64,000 nucleotides of DNA from an uncultured Gammaproteobacteria bacterium (lineage in GTDB: Bacteria; Pseudomonadota; Gammaproteobacteria; Steroidobacterales; UBA11654). The DNA lies in assembly GCA_937801655.1 (NCBI GenBank), contig CALMWC010000005.1, positions 1,811 through 65,810 of the forward strand, written 5' to 3'. The translations under genes and the position numbers were made by a program. Positions 59,285-64,000 of this stretch are shown in pieces. Under the pieces are notes generated by a model. It did no database searches, was not told where the DNA came from, and saw only the letters and a list, made by a program, of their open reading frames with translations. How positions within the stretch are numbered: the first letter of the stretch is position 1; every line of letters begins with the position of its first letter.

Positions 59285-61215
59285 ATCATATTTCTAAAAT
59301 TTTGATAGCTAATCGTGGAGAAATTGCATCAAGAATTATTAAATCAGCTCATGATCTTAATATCTCTTGTGTTGCAATCTTTAATGAGGCAGATTCAAAT
59401 TCTCCATACGTAAATCAGGCAGATGAATCTATTCGAATTACAGACAGCTATCTTAATGGTAAAGAAATTGTTCAATTGGCATTAAGAGCAAATGCCCAAG
59501 CCATACATCCTGGTTATGGTTTTCTATCTGAAAATGCAAAGTTTGCAAAATTGGTTGAGAAATCAGGATTAATATGGATTGGTCCAAGTCCAAGAGCAGT
59601 GAAAATAATGGGCGATAAGATTCAGTCAAAAAAGTATGCCATTAAAGCCAGTGTGCCTGTATTGGATATTGTTGAAAAAGAATCAGAAGCAAAAAAAATA
59701 GGTTACCCGTTATTAGTGAAAGCGGCAGCGGGTGGAGGAGGCAAGGGAATGAGATTGGTTCGTGATTCTAAAGAACTTAAAGATTCGATAAAAATGGCAA
59801 AACAAGAAGCACTGAACTCATTTAATGATGACCGAGTATTTTTTGAAAGATATGTCGAAAAATCAAGACATATAGAGGTTCAAGTTTTAGCAGATAATCA
59901 TGGAAATATTGTCCATTTAGGTGAAAGAGAATGTTCAATTCAAAGACGACATCAGAAAATTATAGAAGAATCTCCATCACCAAGAATTGATGACTTAACT
60001 CGCGAAAAACTAACTTCTGCTGCAGTCAATCTTGCGAAACTGATTAAATATCATTCTGCTGGTACCGTCGAATTTTTATTCGATGATGATACCGAAGAAT
60101 TTTGGTTTCTTGAGATGAATACTAGGTTACAGGTGGAACACCCAGTGACTGAAATGGTAACCGGAATAGATCTTGTTAAAGAGCAACTAAAAATAGCTGA
60201 CGATCAGGCAATAGAATTTAATCAAGAAGATATTATTTCTAAGGGACATGCCATTGAGGCTAGAGTCTATGCAGAAGATCCTTCTAATGATTTTTTACCA
60301 TCGACCGGACAGCTCATAGCCAATGATATAAAGATGAACGACAATATTCGCTGGGATTCGGGGATAGAAGAAGGCATGACCATCGGAACTGATTTTGATC
60401 CCATGCTTGCAAAGGTTATTGCTCATGGCACAGACAGAAAGGATGCTGCTGAAAAACTTGCCAACGAACTGGAGTCAATTCATTTTGGTGGATTCACTAA
60501 TAATATAGAGTTTTTAAGAAACATCTTAGTCAGCCATCCATTTCTAAATGGTGAAACAACAACAAATTTTATAGATCTCTATGAACCTGAATCTGAAATT
60601 GTTCTATCGAATGATGAACTCAATTCACTAGCTATTACGGCTGCTCTTTGGCTGCAAGGTTATAATAGAAATAATGCCAATACTTTAAAGAATCTCCCAT
60701 CCGGTTGGCATAATGCAAGGCTGCCGTATCAAAATGTTAATTTCCTTCTCAAGAACCAAGAAATTTCAGTGGAATATAAACGACAGCGTAATGGCAGTTA
60801 CAAGATGTCTGATGGTTCTATCGCTATAATTCATCATTGGGGCGAGAACTCTTTGGATATTGAGTTGGATGGATTGAGAAATCAATGGAAAATTACAAAA
60901 CACGAAGGGCTCTTATTGGTTCAGTATTCAAAGGGTAATAAATTGCTTACTATAACTCCAAGATTTGTCTCCTCAGAAATGGAAACAGTGGAAGGTTCTA
61001 TGGTTTCCCCCATGCCAGGTAAGGTCATAGAAGTTATGATTAGTCAGGGTGATAAAGTAAAAAGTGGTGAAAAATTAGTAGTAATAGAAGCAATGAAGAT
61101 GAATCATACAATTACAGCTCATCAAGACGGTGTAGTGGATCAACTCTATATATCGGTAGGAGAGCAATTAGAACTTGGAGCCAGCTTGATGTTGATTTCC
61201 AAGAATGAGGAATAA
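59281..61215 (+). CDS. acyl-CoA carboxylase biotin-carboxylase/BCCP (alpha) subunit
   Basis: ATP-grasp motifs (KILIANRGEIA, GYPLLVKAAAGGGGKGMR, EMNTRLQVEHPVTE) and biotinyl-Lys motif EAMKM near the C-terminus. Confidence 0.9.
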   Translation: MNHISKILIANRGEIASRIIKSAHDLNISCVAIFNEADSNSPYVNQADESIRITDSYLNGKEIVQLALRANAQAIHPGYGFLSENAKFAKLVEKSGLIWIGPSPRAVKIMGDKIQSKKYAIKASVPVLDIVEKESEAKKIGYPLLVKAAAGGGGKGMRLVRDSKELKDSIKMAKQEALNSFNDDRVFFERYVEKSRHIEVQVLADNHGNIVHLGERECSIQRRHQKIIEESPSPRIDDLTREKLTSAAVNLAKLIKYHSAGTVEFLFDDDTEEFWFLEMNTRLQVEHPVTEMVTGIDLVKEQLKIADDQAIEFNQEDIISKGHAIEARVYAEDPSNDFLPSTGQLIANDIKMNDNIRWDSGIEEGMTIGTDFDPMLAKVIAHGTDRKDAAEKLANELESIHFGGFTNNIEFLRNILVSHPFLNGETTTNFIDLYEPESEIVLSNDELNSLAITAALWLQGYNRNNANTLKNLPSGWHNARLPYQNVNFLLKNQEISVEYKRQRNGSYKMSDGSIAIIHHWGENSLDIELDGLRNQWKITKHEGLLLVQYSKGNKLLTITPRFVSSEMETVEGSMVSPMPGKVIEVMISQGDKVKSGEKLVVIEAMKMNHTITAHQDGVVDQLYISVGEQLELGASLMLISKNEE

Positions 61216-61216
61216 T

Positions 61217-61807
61217 ATGACGTTAGTAGCTAGAAAAACATTTAATAACTTAACGGAAAAACACATCAATGTAATTGAAGATTTTGAGGATCTATTGGAA
61301 AAAGGCATTGCTAATCTAACCATGTCTGATATTGCTTCCAAGCTAAAGGTATCTTTACGTACGCTTTATGAGATTGCACCCAGTAAGGAAGATTTAATCA
61401 CAACAACCATGGATAGAATTCTTACCAACATAGGTAGAGAAGCTTTGAATCATATGAAAGATATTGAATCTCCGTTAGAAAGACTACGAATATACATGAG
61501 GATTGGCAATGAGGCAGCAGGCCCTAAATTACAAAAGTTTGATGGTGATTTAGATAAAATAAGAGGCACTAAAGAAATGATAGATTTTCATCATAATTAT
61601 TTTGTCTCATTCATTAAAACTTTATTGGATGAGGCTCAAGAAGCCAAAGAAATAAGACGGATAGATACCCAAGCGGTGGCCATAACCCTAGGCGGCATAG
61701 CTCGAGAACTCTCCATACCTGGTAACAAGAAATCATTAGACGATTTACCCGAAAAATCTTCTAACATGGTGACAGACCTCATTTTAGAAAGCCTCAATCA
61801 AGAATAA
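61217..61807 (+). CDS. TetR-family transcriptional regulator
   Basis: HTH block LTMSDIASKLKVSLRTLYEIAPSKEDL. ATG at 61217 is preceded by GAGGA and lies 1 nt after the alpha-subunit stop (the track start 61205 overlaps). Confidence 0.8.
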   Translation: MTLVARKTFNNLTEKHINVIEDFEDLLEKGIANLTMSDIASKLKVSLRTLYEIAPSKEDLITTTMDRILTNIGREALNHMKDIESPLERLRIYMRIGNEAAGPKLQKFDGDLDKIRGTKEMIDFHHNYFVSFIKTLLDEAQEAKEIRRIDTQAVAITLGGIARELSIPGNKKSLDDLPEKSSNMVTDLILESLNQE

Positions 61808-61811
61808 TATT

Positions 61812-63584
61812 ATGAGTAAAGATATTATTAGAATAGCTAATTGCAGTGGCTATTATGGTGATAAGCTTTCAGCGGCAAAAGAAATGATTGAAGGTGGACC
61901 AATCGATGTCCTTACGGGGGATTATCTTGCTGAGCTGACTATGGGCATTCTTTATGGCCAAAAAGTTCAACGGGGGGACCAGATGGGCTATGTTGCTACT
62001 TTCTTAAAACAGCTAAAAGAAATTGCAGACTCTTGCCATAAAAAAAATATTAAAATAGTCACTAACGCAGGAGGCCTCAATCCTAAATCAATGGCCCATG
62101 AGGTAAATCTGATTTTATCAGAACTGGGTGTTGACTCCAAAGTTGCCTTTATTGATGGTGACAATATAGTTCCAGATCTTAAGATGCTAGAAGAGAATGG
62201 TGTCAGACTTGAGAATATGGACAGAAAGATTCCACTTAAGGATTCGGGTTATCCAGTACTCACAGCCAACGCTTATCTGGGTTCTTGGGGCATTAAAGAG
62301 GCACTAGATCAAGGCGCTGATATTGTTATATGTCCAAGAGTTACTGATGCATCCGTTGTCATGGGACCGGCAGCTTGGAAATACAATTGGTCTCGTGATA
62401 ATTTTGATGCCCTAGCAGGAGCATTAACTGCTGGTCATGTTATTGAATGTGGGGCTCAAGCCACAGGCGGTAATTATGCTTTTTTTCAAGAAGTTAAAAC
62501 CTTTAAAAATATTGGATACCCGATAGCTGAAATTGAAGAAGATGGTTCGTTTACTGTAACAAAACATCCAAACACTGGTGGTTTGGTATCAGTCGGTACT
62601 GTGACAGCTCAATTGCTTTATGAAATCAGTTCAACGGCTTATCTTAACCCCGATGTGACAGCTCATTTTAATTCATTGCATATGGAACAAATAGGAGAAA
62701 ATAAAGTGTATGTGTCAGGTTGCAAGGGTACCAATCCACCTGATACTCATAAAGTTTGTATCAATTTAGCCGGTGGCTATCGCAATGGCATGGAAGTCAT
62801 GCTGACTGGATTGGACATAGAAGCGAAGGCAGAAATATTTTGCGATGCTTTATTCGATTTACTGGGTGGTAAGGAACAATTTGATGAAGTCACTTTAGAT
62901 CTTCATCGCCAAGACAAAGACAATCCTATGACCAATGAAGAGGCCATGGCTATTTTAAAAATTACTGTCAAGTCAAAGGATCAAAAAAAAGTGGGTCGTA
63001 TCTTTACAGCAAAAATTATTGAATTAGCATTGGCTAATTATCCTGGGTGGTTTTCAAAGGATTCCATTGGTTCTGGAAATCCTTTTATATTGTATTGGCC
63101 AGCACTCATGGAATCCAAACACGTTAAAGAGAAGGTTCATATCGATGAAAAAATAATAGACATAGTTCCAACCAATCAGATTGACTTGAAGCAAATTACT
63201 TACGACCAGATGATCCCAAACATTCCTCCATACAAAGAAGCAGATCTTAAGGAGATATATTTTGGACGTTTGGTCGGGGCAAGATCAGGAGACAAAGGCG
63301 GCTGTGCCAATCTTGGTGTTTGGTCAAAAACAGAGCATGCTTATTCATTTCTTTATCACTATCTGACTGTTGATCGTTTAAAAGAGTTACTTCCTGATTT
63401 AAAGAATTATGAGATTGATCGTTATGAATTTCCCAATATGAATGCAGTGAATTTTTATGTGCATGGTATTTTAGGAGATGGTGCGTCATCCAATACAAGG
63501 TTAGATGCTCTAGCTAAGTCACTTGGCGAGTACTTAAGAGCAAAAAAAGTAAAAGTACCAAAATACATTCTTGAAGAAAGCTAG
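61812..63584 (+). CDS. AtuA-like (DUF1446, acyclic terpene utilisation family) protein
   Basis: About 590 aa, starting IRIANCSGYYGD...GDYLAELTM, with later blocks CGAQATGGN and SGDKGG typical of AtuA homologues (recalled signature). Confidence 0.65.
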   Translation: MSKDIIRIANCSGYYGDKLSAAKEMIEGGPIDVLTGDYLAELTMGILYGQKVQRGDQMGYVATFLKQLKEIADSCHKKNIKIVTNAGGLNPKSMAHEVNLILSELGVDSKVAFIDGDNIVPDLKMLEENGVRLENMDRKIPLKDSGYPVLTANAYLGSWGIKEALDQGADIVICPRVTDASVVMGPAAWKYNWSRDNFDALAGALTAGHVIECGAQATGGNYAFFQEVKTFKNIGYPIAEIEEDGSFTVTKHPNTGGLVSVGTVTAQLLYEISSTAYLNPDVTAHFNSLHMEQIGENKVYVSGCKGTNPPDTHKVCINLAGGYRNGMEVMLTGLDIEAKAEIFCDALFDLLGGKEQFDEVTLDLHRQDKDNPMTNEEAMAILKITVKSKDQKKVGRIFTAKIIELALANYPGWFSKDSIGSGNPFILYWPALMESKHVKEKVHIDEKIIDIVPTNQIDLKQITYDQMIPNIPPYKEADLKEIYFGRLVGARSGDKGGCANLGVWSKTEHAYSFLYHYLTVDRLKELLPDLKNYEIDRYEFPNMNAVNFYVHGILGDGASSNTRLDALAKSLGEYLRAKKVKVPKYILEES

Positions 63585-63595
63585 GAGGCAGATTG

Positions 63596-64000
63596 ATGTT
63601 AGATAATCCTAAATTATTTAAATTTGATGCAACAGTTATTGCAATAGAAGACCATATTATGACCATAACACTGGATCGTCCTGAAAAGAAAAATGCGATC
63701 AATGAAATGATGGCGAATGAAATTATTTATGCATTAAAATACGCTGCTGAAAACAATCAAATACGTGTGGTAATCATTCAAGCCAATGGCGATACATTCT
63801 GTGCTGGAGGAGATCTTAAAGGGATGACTGGAGCAGAGCAGCTATCATCTTCAACCGTTCCAAGTCTCGGTGATGTGGAAGACATCAGTCTATTGCTTAG
63901 GAATCTCAATAAACCTGTGATTACTAAAATACAAGGCAATGTTTTTGCTGGAGCATTGATGATTGTTGCCAATTCAACCCATGCAATTTCAAGCGATGAT
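63596..64000 (+). CDS. enoyl-CoA hydratase/isomerase family protein (5' part, runs off the window)
   Basis: ATG at 63596 preceded by AGGAGG. Translation MLDNPKLFKF...ITLDRPEKKNAIN...DTFCAGGDLK...KPVITKIQGNVFAGAL is the crotonase signature. Absent from the track because no stop lies in the window. Confidence 0.8.
   Translation, partial: MLDNPKLFKFDATVIAIEDHIMTITLDRPEKKNAINEMMANEIIYALKYAAENNQIRVVIIQANGDTFCAGGDLKGMTGAEQLSSSTVPSLGDVEDISLLLRNLNKPVITKIQGNVFAGALMIVANSTHAISSDD

Overview
This 64-kb window is a visibly AT-rich, very gene-dense stretch of bacterial chromosome. It holds about 75 protein-coding genes and 3 tRNAs, and many neighbouring genes overlap by 1-30 nt. I recognised no rRNA, CRISPR array, IS element, integrase or prophage genes.

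Gene content and order look gammaproteobacterial. The stretch from 22.6 to 37.2 kb follows the E. coli order queG / nnr-tsaE-amiB-[mutL]-miaA-[hfq]-hflX-hflK-hflC-yjeT-purA-[nsrR-rnr]-rlmB ... rpsF-[priB]-rpsR-rplI, but the bracketed genes are cleanly absent. Other core blocks are:
- fabA-fabB
- yebC-ruvCAB
- rpsP-rimM-trmD-rplS
- an Rrf2-regulated sufBCDS-sufU-sufT operon
- mlaC/mlaA
- bepA-bcp

Three parts look accessory:
- 0.6-7.5 kb: a secreted beta-helix plus di-haem cytochrome pair, an MBL hydrolase, crcB, a nuclease and a desaturase.
- After tRNA-Arg: an islet with a stand-alone murF and a 600-bp non-coding AT-rich spacer containing a 66-bp tandem repeat.
- 55.6-64 kb: an Atu/Liu-like acyl-CoA carboxylase cluster.

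The best candidate for something new is at 7.5-9.8 kb. There lexA, a Y-family polymerase and a 136-aa miniature SRAP-like gene are translationally coupled in one cassette. The spacer of its promoter holds a perfect GTTC-N7-GTTC direct repeat, which is the alphaproteobacterial type of LexA box rather than the gammaproteobacterial CTGT-N8-ACAG.

Also notable: hflX carries two +1 frame disruptions, and the repetitive tail of rpsP carries six compensating indels. Both could be sequencing or assembly artefacts.

The organism cannot be identified from the sequence alone. A streamlined marine gammaproteobacterium is only my guess.
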